From Octopus sinensis (lineage: Eukaryota), in contig NW_021831850.1 in the NCBI RefSeq assembly GCF_006345805.1, positions 174,964-238,963 on the forward strand: a stretch of 64,000 nucleotides of DNA. Direction: 5' to 3'. This document shows positions 1 to 12,427 of the stretch, one piece after another. The notes under the pieces were generated by a model. It made no database searches and had not been told where the DNA came from. It saw only the letters and a list, made by a program, of their open reading frames with translations. The position numbers and the translations under genes were made by a program. The stretch's first letter is position 1. Each line of letters opens with the position of its first letter.

Positions 1-2303
1 TCTCCAATCTGAACTTCCACAAAGCAGATTGGAAATCGATCCAAAAAGAGATCCTCAGAGAGGACTGGCCGGAATGTCTCTCCACATCAGACACTGACAT
101 GAAACTAGAATGTTTCATGTCTTCTGTGCAAGCCGTATGCCAGAAATATGTCCCAGAGCACAAGGCCAAAACAAATAGGAGCAATATTCCAAGAGACAGG
201 AAGATCCTCATGAGACGACGGACGAAGGTTGCAAATCGTCTCAACCAACATCCCAAAAGTAGCGAAAGGTCCCGCCTAAAAATCAACACTGATGGAGATC
301 GAAAAAAGGCTGCATCAATCCTATGTGGAGGAGAAAGCAGACAAAGAAGCCTGGGTTATAAAAAACATTAAATCAAACCCAAAGGCCTTCTTTCATTACG
401 CGAAAGAAACAGTCTCAGTGCACTACAAGATAGGACCCCTCCTCCAAAAGGATGGCTCCTTCACAGACAGTCCAACTATGATCAGTGAGATGCTGAATGG
501 CCAGTTCAAAAGTGTCTTTACCACCCCGTTGGAACACAGACAAGTGAACGAACCATTGGACTTCTTTGCCGCCTCACCTATAACCAGCGAGGCGGTTACA
601 ATAGAATGTATTGACATTAGCGAAAAAGATGTCCTACTAGCCATAGATGAAGTGGACACAAACTCAGCTGCTGGTCCAGACGGTTTCCCAGCCATCCTCC
701 TCAAAGCGTGTAAGCATGCCCTGGCAAAATCCCTCAAGATTCTCTTCCAGAGCTTTCTTGTGAATGGCAAACTGCCAAGCAAGCTGAAGGAGGGAATAAT
801 ATGCCCAATACATAAAGGGAGAAGTAGAGCAGATGCCAAAAACTATAGGCCTATCTCTCTGACTTCACACATCAGCAAAGTCATGGAAAGGATAGTCAGA
901 AAGAAACTAATCGCATTCCTTGAGGAAAATAACTTGCTGAGTAATACCCAGCATGATTTTCGACCAGGTAGGAGCTGCCTGACCCAGCTCTTACAGCATT
1001 ATGACTGGGTGTTGAGGCAGTTACTCAACAAATCAAATGTGGACGTAATCTACCTTGATTTTGCAAACGCTTTTGACAAGGTTGATCATGGTATGATATG
1101 CCTCAAACTACGTGACCTCAGCATAGCTGGAAAACTTGGAGTGTGGTTGCATGACTTCCTGAAAGATAGGAGTCAGGCAGTAGTGGTTAATAGAGCCACC
1201 TCTATGAACACACAAATAGTGAGCGGTGTTCCACAGGGCACTGTCTTGGGACCACTGCTTTTTATAGTGGCCCTCTCAGATATGCCCTCAAATGTCCGGA
1301 TAGCCACTCTGGCCGCCAGCTATGCAGACGATACGAAAGTCTCGCAGAAAATACAGAACCCCAGCGATGTTGCACACCTGCAGCAGGAGTTGGACTCAAT
1401 CTACAGATGGGCTGAGGATAATAATATGCAGATTAATGCTGAAAAATTCCAGGCCCTGCGCTACCAGCATCCAAAACTGAATATTAAACTTACAGGATAC
1501 ACCGGTCCACAGGGAATTTCAATCCCAGAGCCTAAATCTGTGAGGGACCTGGGTATCGACATGAGTGATGATACCTCTTTCCAAGTGCACATTACCAGGA
1601 TGGCGACAAAGTGCAGACGACTGGCTGGGTGGATCCTAAGAACGTTCAGAACTAGAGATAAGGAAACCATGATGGTCCTCTGGCGGACATTCGTCCTCAG
1701 TCGCCTGGATTACTGCTCACAGCTATGGTCACCCACCAGTGTAAAATTAACAGCAGACCTTGAAGCAATCCAGAGAAGATTCACAAAGAAGATCGTCTCT
1801 TTGCAACAGCTCAGCTACTGGGAAAGGTTGAAACAGCTAAGACTCTACTCCCTGGAGAGAAGACGGGAGAGGTATGCAGTAATATATGTCTGGAAGATCC
1901 TGGAAGGAATTGTGCCAAATTTTGGCATTGTAAGCTACACCAATGCTAGAACGGGACGACACTGCATAGTGCCAAAGATCCCAGCAATGCCATCACGCTT
2001 CAGGACCAGCTTCTGCAACAGCCTGGGTTTCAAGAGCCCACAGCTTTTTAATATTCTCCCAAAGAGTCTGAGGAACTTGCACAAAGTGGATGTAGCGGTT
2101 TTTAAATCAAAACTGGACATCTTCCTGTCAAGAGTCCCAGATGAACCTACCTCACGGCAAGAGGTGCAAATGAGAGTAGCTGTATCAAACTCCATTCTTC
2201 ACCAAGTGCCACATATTAGACGAGGTTCGTCGTAATAACAGTGTAGCACGAAACGGTGGTGCATCAGCATGGCCACAGCTCTGAGCTGAAACTAGAAACA
2301 AAA
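1..2303 (+). mobile_element. CR1/L2-group non-LTR retrotransposon, 3' portion (5' end outside window or decayed)
   Basis: RT ORF 292-2235 followed by a short 3' tail (ggtggtgcatcagcatggccacagctctgagctgaaactagaaac) ending at an AT run; the upstream ORF 99-371 overlaps in another frame, i.e. a frameshift. Confidence 0.85.
292..2235 (+). CDS. LINE reverse transcriptase (CR1/L2-like ORF2 C-terminal part), 647 aa open
   Basis: Motifs NYRPISLTS, QHDFRPGRSCLTQLL, YLDFANAFDKVDH, SGVPQGTVLGPLLF, YADD, RDLGI, LDYCSQLWSP, YSLERRRERY. Confidence 0.92.
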   Translation: MEIEKRLHQSYVEEKADKEAWVIKNIKSNPKAFFHYAKETVSVHYKIGPLLQKDGSFTDSPTMISEMLNGQFKSVFTTPLEHRQVNEPLDFFAASPITSEAVTIECIDISEKDVLLAIDEVDTNSAAGPDGFPAILLKACKHALAKSLKILFQSFLVNGKLPSKLKEGIICPIHKGRSRADAKNYRPISLTSHISKVMERIVRKKLIAFLEENNLLSNTQHDFRPGRSCLTQLLQHYDWVLRQLLNKSNVDVIYLDFANAFDKVDHGMICLKLRDLSIAGKLGVWLHDFLKDRSQAVVVNRATSMNTQIVSGVPQGTVLGPLLFIVALSDMPSNVRIATLAASYADDTKVSQKIQNPSDVAHLQQELDSIYRWAEDNNMQINAEKFQALRYQHPKLNIKLTGYTGPQGISIPEPKSVRDLGIDMSDDTSFQVHITRMATKCRRLAGWILRTFRTRDKETMMVLWRTFVLSRLDYCSQLWSPTSVKLTADLEAIQRRFTKKIVSLQQLSYWERLKQLRLYSLERRRERYAVIYVWKILEGIVPNFGIVSYTNARTGRHCIVPKIPAMPSRFRTSFCNSLGFKSPQLFNILPKSLRNLHKVDVAVFKSKLDIFLSRVPDEPTSRQEVQMRVAVSNSILHQVPHIRRGSS

Positions 2304-2888
2304 TATATATATATAAGGGTATGGGAAATAATTTATAATATGTAGTGGGATTACTATATTAATTTATTTTATGTATTTATTAATCTTATAAGATTTTTAG
2401 TATTTATTTAATAATAAGTGCTTTTTAATCATTTAATTTATTTTGTATTAGTTTCATTTATCATAGTTATTTTATTAATAAATATTATAGTATAGAGAGA
2501 TTTTATTCTTTATTTGTGAATTCATTCTTTTTACAATGATAAACATATAATTTTCCATTCATAATCTTTAAATAACGTTGGTTCCTCACGCGCAAAGAAT
2601 TTATCAAAAATTTATTCTATTTTTTGCTAATAACGTAATCCTATGAGTTTTCTCTTAAGCGCTGTATAAGACGTTTGTGATTCAAAATTAGTTCATAGTT
2701 TAAACTCGCCAAGAATGTATGTATCTTTTAAGATCTTCTAATTGTTAATTTTTAATATTGTATAAGCCTTAAGGAGTAATAATATTCTCCTTATTTTAAT
2801 ATTGTTGTTTATGTAATGATCTATTTATCGTATTTTTCTATGTTATTAGATATTAAATAATTTAGATAAATTTTGATAAATTAGATAG

Positions 2889-3780
2889 GTTTCGACTTAA
2901 GATGGTTTAGGCTATGTCTAATTTAATAGTATAATTTATATTAGATAATTATCCCCATTCATAATTTTGTTTATAGTAGTTATAGTATTTATTTAATACT
3001 ATATTACTAAGAATGGAAAATTTCTATAAGTATGTGGCTGAGTATCTGCGGCTACTGGATGGTGTTTCTCCTCTGTTAGTGTCTTGCTGTGTGTATACGT
3101 TCATGACTGAGTGATTGTATGTGTGTGTGTGCGAGTATGCATAAGTAATGTGTAGAAGTATAGGGCTGCATTATAAAATATATCCGTGTCTATATGTATA
3201 TGTGCATGTATAGATATATATATGTGTGTGTGTGTTTGTTTACGTATTTATATATGTTTATATACATACATATATATATGAGCGTGAGCATGTATATATA
3301 TTTTTGTATTTTGAAATTAGCTATTTCATCTTTAAATGTTTCGACTAAAGATGGTTTAGGCCATGTTTAATTTAATAGCATAATTTATATTAGATAATTA
3401 TTCCCATTCATAATTTTGTTTATAGTATTTATTTAATACTATATTACTAAGAATGGAATATTTCTATAAGTATGTGGTTGAGTATCTGCGGCTACTGGAT
3501 GTTATTTCTCCTCTATGTTAGTGTCTTGCTGAGAGTATACGTTTATGAATGAGTGATTGTATGTGTGTGTGTGCGAGTATGCATAAGTAATGTGTAGAAG
3601 TATAGGGCTGCATTATAAAATATATCCGTGTCTATATGTATATGTGTATGTATAGATATATATGTGTGTGTGTGTGTTTGTGTACGTATTTATATATGTT
3701 TATATACATACATATATATATGAGCGTGAGCATGTATATATATTTTTTGTATTTTGAAATTAGCTATTTCATCTTTAAAT
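2889..3780. repeat. Direct tandem duplication, two copies of ~445 bp (2889-3337, 3338-3780)
   Basis: Both copies start gtttcgact(t/a)aagatggtttagg and end gaaattagctatttcatctttaaat, with the same interior apart from scattered substitutions and small indels. Confidence 0.9.
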
Positions 3781-4118
3781 ATGAGAAATTAAATATATTA
3801 GGTTTCCATTATATACTATCGTTTATAGAGATTATTTTAGATCTTGATTATAATATTTATATATATATATATATATATATATTTTCATTGATAATTTATA
3901 TATATTAGTCATTTCAAATATCTATATAAGTAGATATAGACTAAAATGGATATTAGAATATGGATTTTCTACCTTATAAATTAAAGTTAATATTTAACAT
4001 TATAGTCGATTTCGATATAATCATATTTAATAATAGAGTTTATTATAAGTAAATTATTTTTTTAGATTATATAGATTATTTATATCTTAAAAATATTGAT
4101 TATATTTTAGATTTGAAA

Positions 4119-4182
4119 CCACCTGAAGAATGTCTACTACTCAAAGATGTGATGAAAAGAAGACATGAAACGACCGTAGTGG
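4119..4182 (+). ncRNA. Type I minimal hammerhead ribozyme motif
   Basis: Stem I CCAC(4119-22)/GTGG(4179-82); core CTGAAGA 4123-29; stem II ATGTCT/AGACAT; GAAA 4167-70; short stem III ACG..CGT; cleavage triplet GTA. Confidence 0.75.
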
Positions 4183-4410
4183 ATATTAATAATTGTTAAA
4201 TTTCTAAATAATATAAATTAATTTATGTATTGGATTAAGTATTTCTTTGTTTGATTTGCATAATAGTGGTTTTGTCTCTAATTTAATATAATATAATATT
4301 TTACTATAAAATTGGATTCAATCCTAAATCTGATTTTTCCCTGTAAGTTTGGATTTATTCCCTAATATTTATTATATATATATATATATATATATAATTA
4401 ATCAATATAG

Positions 4411-4456
4411 GGTGGCAAAAAAATTTTGTAGAATTTTTTGCCACCAGCGGCCTAGT
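4411..4456 (+). other. Hairpin followed by CTAG|T, resembling a Helitron 3' terminus
   Basis: ggtggcaaaaaa...ttttttgccacc stem (4411-4445), then CTAG at 4452-4455 followed by T. No 5' TC terminus identified. Confidence 0.3.
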
Positions 4457-4893
4457 GGGAAAAAATTAAATAGTCATAGACCATTTATAAGTTCAACATC
4501 ACAATCAAGGAACGGCCATAATAGGCCATTCACCCACTAGAAATAACAGCCAAAGCTTCAACCGCAAAATAACATTAATTCCGCAAAACAGGAGAAAATT
4601 AAAAAAAACATTTACCCTGTAATTTCTTATACGATGCACCGTTTCATCTATTGTTTAATGGTAAACTAACCTGATTAAATTAAATCAAGCCAATCTTCCA
4701 TAGGCCCTTAGATTCGTCAGTAAGAAATAGCCAGATCGGAACAGATATTTTCACGAGGCACTTCTGTCCCTGCCTCGGCAATATCTGACCTAAAATTTTC
4801 AAATCATCGCACTCGCGCCAAATTTATATATACTTTATATATATACTTTATATATATATATACTTTATAATATATAAAGTATATATATATATA

Positions 4894-5092
4894 TACTTTA
4901 TAATTAGGGTTCAGCAAAGATTTGCTTTACCAAATGCTGAAGTCTAGAAACTTCGGTGTGTGGTAAAGCAAATCTTTGCTGAACCCCAATTATTAAGTAT
5001 TACTTACCGTGATATGGTCCTTTTTTTCATGCCGAATTCTACTTGGTGAAATTATTGATTACTTCTTTATTAATTAATTTTGCCCTTTGTTA
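4894..5092 (-). mobile_element. Internally deleted copy of the inverted-repeat/HHR element family at 62069-62643
   Basis: 5000-5092 is the reverse complement of the 62069-62160 leader (aacaaaggg..aattaattaat..caccaagtagaattcggcatg). 4894-4999 is a long hairpin with a perfect 26-bp arm gggttcagcaaagatttgctttacca (4907-32)/(4961-86) matching the 62-kb element's right arm. It abuts a (TA)n-like tract. Confidence 0.75.
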
Positions 5093-5244
5093 TTATATAT
5101 ATAAAACAAAAACTGGAGTCAGGTGTAGGAATAATAAGCAAGAGTATATTAGTTTGATATTCAGGAAAAATACATGTTTGTGTGTGTCTGCGTATGTGTG
5201 TGCATATGTGTGTGTATATGTCTCTGCGTCTGTGTTTGTTTCCT

Positions 5245-5448
5245 CCTCATCACCCCTTAACTACCGGTATTGGTGTGTGTACGCCTCGTAACTTAGCTGT
5301 TTGACAAATAAGACCGAAAGAACACGTACCAGGTTTTTTCTAAAACAAATCAGTTCTAAGGTCGATTTGTTCCACTAAAACACTTCAAGGTGTTGCTCTA
5401 GCATGGCCGCACTCAAATAAGTGAAACAAGTAAACGAATAAAAGAATA
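5245..5448 (+). mobile_element. SINE body and tail (head missing)
   Basis: Central gtaacttagc..gtcgatttg block and a 3' tail (ggtgttgctctagcatggccgcactcaaataagtgaaacaagtaaa) similar to the tail of the LINE at 2255-2300. Confidence 0.55.
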
Positions 5449-5550
5449 CATACATACTTATATACACACACAGACATACACACACACTCATACCTTTTTC
5501 GGAAGAGTTGTGGTCACCCTAAATATTGTATAGACTAAGCTCATTTTGTG

Positions 5551-5852
5551 GAGCCACATGGCCTAGTGGCTAGAGCAGCGGACTCGCGGTCGAGGGTCGC
5601 GGGTTCGAATCTCAGACCAGGCGATGTGTGTGTTTATGAGAGAAACACCTAAGCTCCACGCGGCTCCGGCAGAAGGTAATGACGAACTTCTGCTGACTCT
5701 TTCACCACAACTTTCTCTCACTCTTTCCTCCTTTATCTTGCAGCTCACCTGCGACAGACCGGCGTCCCGTCAAGGTGGGTAACCTATACGCCAAGGAAAC
5801 CGGGAAACTGGCCCTTATGAGACAGGCATGGCTCAAGAAGGAACAAACAACA
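5551..5852 (+). mobile_element. tRNA-derived SINE
   Basis: A box tggcctagtgg (5559-69), B box ggttcgaatct (5602-12), ~230 nt non-tRNA body, (AAC)n-like tail. Confidence 0.75.
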
Positions 5853-5889
5853 AGCTCAGTATTATTATTATTATTAATATTATTCTGGT

Positions 5890-6650
5890 CATTCGTCTGT
5901 ATTTACGTTCTGAGTTCAAATTCCGCTGAGGTCGACTTTGCCTTTCATCCTTTCGGATTCGATAAATTAAGTACCAGTTGCGTACTGGGGTCGATCTTAT
6001 CGACTGGTCCCCTCCCCGAAAAATGTCGAGCCTTGTGCCTAGAGTAGACAAGAAAAGAATAATGTAAGGCGGCCAGCTGGTAGAATCGTTAGCACACCGG
6101 ACCAAATGCTTAGCCGCATTTCGTCCGTCTTTACGTTCTGTGTTCAAATCCCACTGATGTTGACATTTCCTTTCGATAAGATAAGAAGCCCCTGAGATCT
6201 GGGGTCGAAATAATCGATATAGCCCCCTCCCAAAACCTATCGGCTTTCTACCAAAACTTGAAATTCTTATCACTAAATTGAAGTTGGAAACCAGGGAGAA
6301 TCCTTACCGTAACAGGATGCTTATGTCATCTCTTCTTGATCTTTAAGTTCTGAGTTCAAATCCTACCGAGGTCACTTCCTCTTTCATCTTCCCAGGGTCA
6401 ATAAAATAGGCACCAGTTGTGTACTGAGGTCGATGAAATCAACTTTCTGCTTTCTACCAAAATTGTAGGCCTTGTGCCTAGAGTAGAAAGGATTGTTATT
6501 TAATGAGTCGGAGAAAATGATTAAAAACATTTTTACCGGCTCATTACGTTCTGAGTTCAAATGACACCAAGGTTGACTTTGTCCGCCATCCTTTAAGGGT
6601 CAATATATTAAGAAATAGTCAAGTCCTGAGTTCGATGTAATCGACTTGCC
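5890..6650 (+). mobile_element. Cluster of four related SINE copies or fragments (~5890-6055, 6066-6265, 6335-6495, 6535-6650)
   Basis: Recurring ttctgagttcaaat(t)cc..gaggtcga..ctttcatcc..gtcgat..gccttgtgccta motifs (B-box-like gttcaaat); same family as 34252-34465 and 60143-60240. Confidence 0.75.
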
Positions 6651-6984
6651 ATTGTGTGTGTGTGTGTGTGTAGTTTTGTATGTGTGTGATTTTGTGAGCG
6701 TCAGCGCACACGCACAAGGCTTAATTATCGAACTAATGATACCACAATTACGAAATATGTTAACATTCCAGAACCCTAATTAGGAGCGTACACACAAACA
6801 CACACGCACGCACGCACATATATCTGGAGCCTTGCAGTACTGAGGTATACTCAACCTCCACAGCAGAAGTATTACGGCCCTACCCTGACAAAGAGAATTG
6901 GCCTGCCGATGCCACGTATAAATCACACATACAGGCGGCACCTATGCGCGCTCATTCCGGTGTCACACGAAAAGTAGTCACCAC

Positions 6985-7146
6985 ACACTGTGAAGTGGTT
7001 GGTGTTAGGAAGGGCATCCAGCCCTAGAGACCATTCCAAGCCAAACTAGACTGGGACCTGAAGCAGTTCTCTGGAGTGCCACCTCTAGTAGAAAAAACTG
7101 TGCAGCCCATTCCAGTTTCAAAAACGGACGTTAAATGATGATGATG
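6985..7146 (+). mobile_element. SINE or LINE-tail fragment ending in ggacgttaaatgatgatgatg
   Basis: ggttggtgttaggaagggcatccagc block and a (GAT)n tail; related sequences at ~35640-35815 (+) and ~43015-43135 (-). Confidence 0.5.
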
Positions 7147-7260
<114 letters not shown>

Positions 7261-7619
7261 CGATCGATAGTGTTTGTTGTTGGATCGGCTCGTAAGTCAA
7301 TCGCCTTTTTTATTGTTTTTTGAAAAAGTTTCGTTTCAATTTTTACACACGGAGTGTGTAAGACACCCAGCTTTCGTCTGGGTGTGTTTTCCGGAGGGGA
7401 TTTTGCCCCTAGGGGCAATTTCAGCCTTGATTATATATAAAAACTTTTGCTTCTATAGCTTGTTTTTACATAACGTCGCCGAAGCGTTCCTCATATCGCA
7501 TAGACGCTGTTCCCTCTCTCTCTGTTGCATCCATTTGTTTACATTTTACATTTTCAGAGTTTTCAACTTTTTAAACACCCAACTTTCATTAGGGTGTTTT
7601 TTAAATGTAGAATTCTTCC

Positions 7620-9607
7620 GTAGGGGCATTTTCATCAATTGATTTTTATTTCTCGCTAAAAAATGTCGAGAAATCTTATCGCAGAGCAGTATTCTGCGAT
7701 TTTTTCTAAGGAGGATTTTCCTGCTTTGTGAAAGACAGTCAACAAAGATGCTGCTACAAAGAATGATAAGACTGTAATCAACACCACCACCACCAACACT
7801 AAAACTACCACATCTACCACCTTCACTGATACAACAACCGTTAACAACAACAACAACAAGAATAACAACAACATAAATGAAGTAAATATAAATGTCCATG
7901 ATGTTTCGCAAGATTTGATTATCTCACCTATTAATGGTGAAGATAATATTAACAAGACAAAAGTAACAGTCCCTGAAAAAGCTACAAGTACTACAACAAC
8001 CAACAATAATTCTGATACAACAACAACAAAAACACACAACGACAACAACTGCCAAAGAGAACTGTGAATTTCGCTGACACCCTGCATCAAAAAAGAGAAA
8101 TTGTACATTTCACAAATGAAGAGTTGGTGGAGACACGATCACTCTTCACAACTTCAGGACAAAATTTAATTCTGCACGCACCACAGCATGTGAAAGAAGA
8201 TGTGGAGAAGAGAACAATTTTATATAGAATTATAAAAAAAAACTCAAACAAAAAAAAACCAGAACAGGTAACAAAAGCAGACATTGAAAAATGAGCCAAG
8301 AATATTATGAAAATCAAACAATATATAAACTGGGGTCCCCAGTTTAATGCAGTGGTGATCCGCTTCCATAATCAGGAAGAGGCAAAAGCTCAAACTACGG
8401 AGACATTACAAAATGAAGAACTCGTCATGGTCCCATATTACATGGGACAAAGAGTGAGTAAGATAAGAATAAAAAATGTCCCGCCCGAAATCCCACCCAA
8501 ATGGATAACATCGGCGATATGTTATCATTTAAAATCAATTAACATTTTAGAAATCGCCGTTGTAAAAAATGATAATTGGAGTGGGAAATCGATAGAAGTG
8601 ACCATTCAAATCGATGGGACTTCTATCGAGAATTTACCAAATATTATATATTTGGAAAATGGCCAAAGCCTGTATGTGGTAGCGGAGGGTAAAAATCCAC
8701 GATATTACAGCTGTGGCAGCCCAGACCACTTAATCGCAAAGTGCGTTCTGGGACAGAAAAAACCAGAAAAAAACAAATCAGAAAACAAATAAAAAAACAA
8801 CCTCTGCTACCAACACCACCAAATCCACAACTGATACAAAATTATATAGAAATATGGAACAACGACAAGAACAATAACAAACTAGCAAACAAACCCCAAC
8901 AACATCACCAAGAAAAGAAACAGCACCACCATGATTATCGCTGACGTCGCAACCAAATAAAGAAGCAAAACCACAACCAACATCAAAAATACAGACCAAC
9001 ACCAGCACCGAGGATGACAACTAAGAAAACAGATAACAGTGATGAGAAGACAAATTCTACCCCTAACACCACAACACAAACACCGCACAAAACAACAACA
9101 CTTTCTACGAACATACATATTAACGCAAATGCTTTGCCTTTACCCCCTTCTGATTCGTCAAACTCTTCGTCTAACGACGAAAGTTCGACGGAATGGCAAA
9201 TAGCCACAGGGAGTAAAAGGAAAAGATCGAAAAACCCCACCAAACAAGCAAGTAAAGCAGGGAGATATTTAACTCCTGACAGCCCCTTAGACAATCAAAC
9301 CATCAACGACCCCGCAAAACCACACACACATCTAACAGCAATAGACACGGACAATAAAAAACTAATGGAATACATTGCATCATACACAAACATTTGTGAA
9401 GATGACTTTAAAGTAAATAATCATCCAGGAACTACACCACCGACACACATAAAAATTGTACACATAACACAAACACAGCACCACACACTCAAAACCATCT
9501 TTCCAAATGCGGTCGGGGGTTTCAAAAGTACTTGTCTAAAACACTTTACAAACACCTCCTCAAAGACATTTCAAAAGAAGAAGATAAAACTCAAACTTTC
9601 GAAATGA
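7620..9607 (+). pseudogene. Tx1 ORF1 (gag-like), frameshifted, with T/N-rich low-complexity segments
   Basis: ORF pieces 8064-8294, 8307-8792 and 9014-9607 lie between the 5' UTR and the APE start; degenerate CCHC knuckle near 8700-8745. Confidence 0.6.
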
Positions 9608-9681
9608 GTAAGTGACCTTCCCTCTTGCCTCTTGTCTCTTCCAATGTAGTGTATGAAACACAAATTTCGTAAACATCAATT

Positions 9682-12427
9682 ATGCTTAAATTAGGTTGTG
9701 TAAATGTGCGTGGTTTGGCGTCGGCTTGGAAGCAAGGTTACCTTCTAAACGACATCAAGTCACTGAACGTGGATATCGTAGCTATCAGTGAAACCAGACT
9801 CAGCAAGCCGCGGACCCTCGCGTCCATGTTTGGCGGTCAATTCGACATTTATTTTTCTCCCAGTCAGCCGAACATGGGTGGTGGAGGTACCGCAGTGCTT
9901 TTTCGAAAGAGTCTAAATGTAAAAGTAAGAGCAATATTCCTAGACTCGGAGGGTAGGCTGGTTGTCTTGGACGTGGATGGTAGAAATGGGTGTGCATTCC
10001 GTCTGATGGCAGTTTATGCACCGTCCTTAACGGGTCGGGCGGATTTCTTCAGACGTCTAGAGGTTTTCCTGGGTACGTCTAGACCTTTAATGTTAGTAGG
10101 GATTGGAACGCTACATTGGACACGCATCTGGACTATGTGGGAATGGATAGGAATAGAAGGGGGTGTAGGTGCCTCAAAGACCTACTCAGACGTTTCCATT
10201 TGTCTGACAGGTTCCGACTCGACCATCCGAACTTGCCAACGTGGACTTGGACAAACCGCGTCGGATCGTCGAGATCTTATCTAGATTGAATTCTATGCAG
10301 AACAGAGGATAGGGATAGTGTAGGATGTCCACAATTTAAAATAGTCAGCTACACAGATCACAAATTTGTGACGTGTACGCTCGACTTAGATAAGACACAT
10401 AGACAGGGTCCCGGTATCTGGAAACTGAACACCTTGCTCTCAGCGCGACATGTTTACAGGAACCGGATTAGCGAGTTAATTAAGAGGGCGTTGGCGGGAG
10501 CCATCGATAACAACCGCTGGTAGTTCACCCTAAAAATGGCAAAAAAATCGGAATAAATTAGGTTTAGCAAGGAATTAGAGATAGATCAAAATAGAGTAGA
10601 GGGAGATTTGGTTAAGAAACTAGAAGAGGCACTTACCACTGGCAGCGCAACCAACGTGCTGGCTGCGAGGATGGGCCTCGACCAACACCTCAACGCCAAA
10701 CACGAAGATTGCGTCGTCAGAGCTAAAATGCGTGCCTTAAGGAACGAAGGGATCAAAGCTGCGCGAGAAGCCTGGGTAGCGGAGGCGCAACGTGGCAACA
10801 GAGCCACCATTCGGTCTCTAATAGATCAACAGGGATGCAGTTTACTCGAACCCGAAAGGATGTGTGGGACCTTTCAACAGCACTTTGCTCGACTGTTTGG
10901 TGCGAGTGGTGGGTCGGAACGCGGGATGGATTTCAGTGCCTACCTGACCGACCTGCTGATCAATTTGGATCAGTCTAAAGCCTTCGATAGGGTCGACCAT
11001 CGGTACTTGACGGCCGTCCTCAGGGCGGCTGGGTTCGGTCCAGTCTTCCGCGGTTGGATCGCTGCCTTGTATAGCGGCATCCGATCGGTAATTCGAGTGA
11101 ACGGTCACCTGTCGAAACCGTTTGACATCACGCGTTCGGTCCGTCAGGGGTGTCCCCTGTCGGCGCTTCTGTATGTATTGACTCTCGAGCCGCTACTGCG
11201 GAAGCTGGCGACACTGAGGGTATCCCACGGAAACTGGTTAAATTGCTCGGGGTCTGGTTCAGTCCGGACCTCCAAATGGATAAGAACTGGAACAAGATCA
11301 CGAGTAGAGTGGTCGCTCTCAGCCAAACATGGGCCGAGAGAAAGCTGTCTCTAAAAGGTCGGGCGGAAGTGGCGAACGCGTACGTCGCATCCGTCATCGA
11401 GTACCGCCTGACCGACGTGCCTTGTTCCGATGCTACCATCACCAAACTGGAACGCATACTCTTCCGCTTCCTGTGGAAGGGTGGCGTTCCGATGATAAGG
11501 TGGGCCATTTGCTGTCAACATCCGTTAAATGGAGGACTGGGCATGCCGTGGTTGATGATGTGCAGGCATGCGCTGAGACTGCGACATCTCTGGAACTTCA
11601 TCGATGACGGTGAACAGGTGTGTGCGCCGTTTGTGAGGCGCGCCTTCCCGCAGCTCGTTTCACTGACCGAACTGCAAACGTGGATCAAGAAGAGACCGAA
11701 ACTGGGCGATTGGCACCGAGAGTGTCGCCAAGCTCTACAGCAACTCTGCCGACCGGGGTCAAACTTGTGCAATTTACAAACGACTAAAGCGTTCTATAGA
11801 GGACTAGTGGAGGGGATTTCCGACGACACACTCGGGACAAACCTAGGTGTCGACGAGAAATTCCTAACCCGCCTGTTCAGGACGACGTTCGGGCCGGGGC
11901 CTATGGATAACTTCCAGAGATCCCTGGCTTGGCAATGCTATCGAGACGCACTACCTGTTCGAGAGAAGAGCTACAGGCTCGGTTCGAAAACCACCACCGG
12001 ACCGACCTGCCCGAGATGCGGTCAGAACGACGAAACCGTTCTGCACGCACTCGTGCAGTGTCCAGATATTTCAGAGCTGTGGACCTTCGTCGAACAGCTG
12101 TTGTCGCGTGTAGGACGGGCCCGCATATCGGCCGAATCTATCGTCAATATTGTTCCACCACCTTCCTTTAAACGGGAAGGGAAAACGGTTTTCGTAACAC
12201 TGATGGCTATGGCGAAAGAATGTGTGTGGTGGACGTGTTTGAAAGGGCTACAAACAAACACTTTCCTCTCTGGTCAGTCCCTCGTCAACTTTTTCAAGTA
12301 CCACTTGAAAAGGAGGAAGAGAATAGAGAGGAAGGCTTTGTCGAACGAATGTTTTAATAAAAAGTGGGTAAAAGTGGCAAAAATGGTCAGTATGAAAGAC
12401 GACACCATTTTAAACGTGAATCTGTAA
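9682..12427 (+). pseudogene. Tx1 ORF2 (APE-RT-Zn) with frameshifts and two internal deletions
   Basis: Pieces 9682-10284, 10608-11354 and 11150-12427. Relative to copy 3, sequence is missing at ~10955 (N-terminal RT) and ~11230 (includes the YADD motif). Confidence 0.85.

Noticed and set aside
2320-2880. Mitochondrial insertion (NUMT) or Penelope ORF remnant
   Set aside because: Very AT-rich, but my translations showed no mitochondrial gene, tRNA or convincing RT motif; left uncalled.
5551-5625. tRNA gene
   Set aside because: A and B boxes are present but the acceptor stem does not close and the sequence continues into a SINE body and tail.
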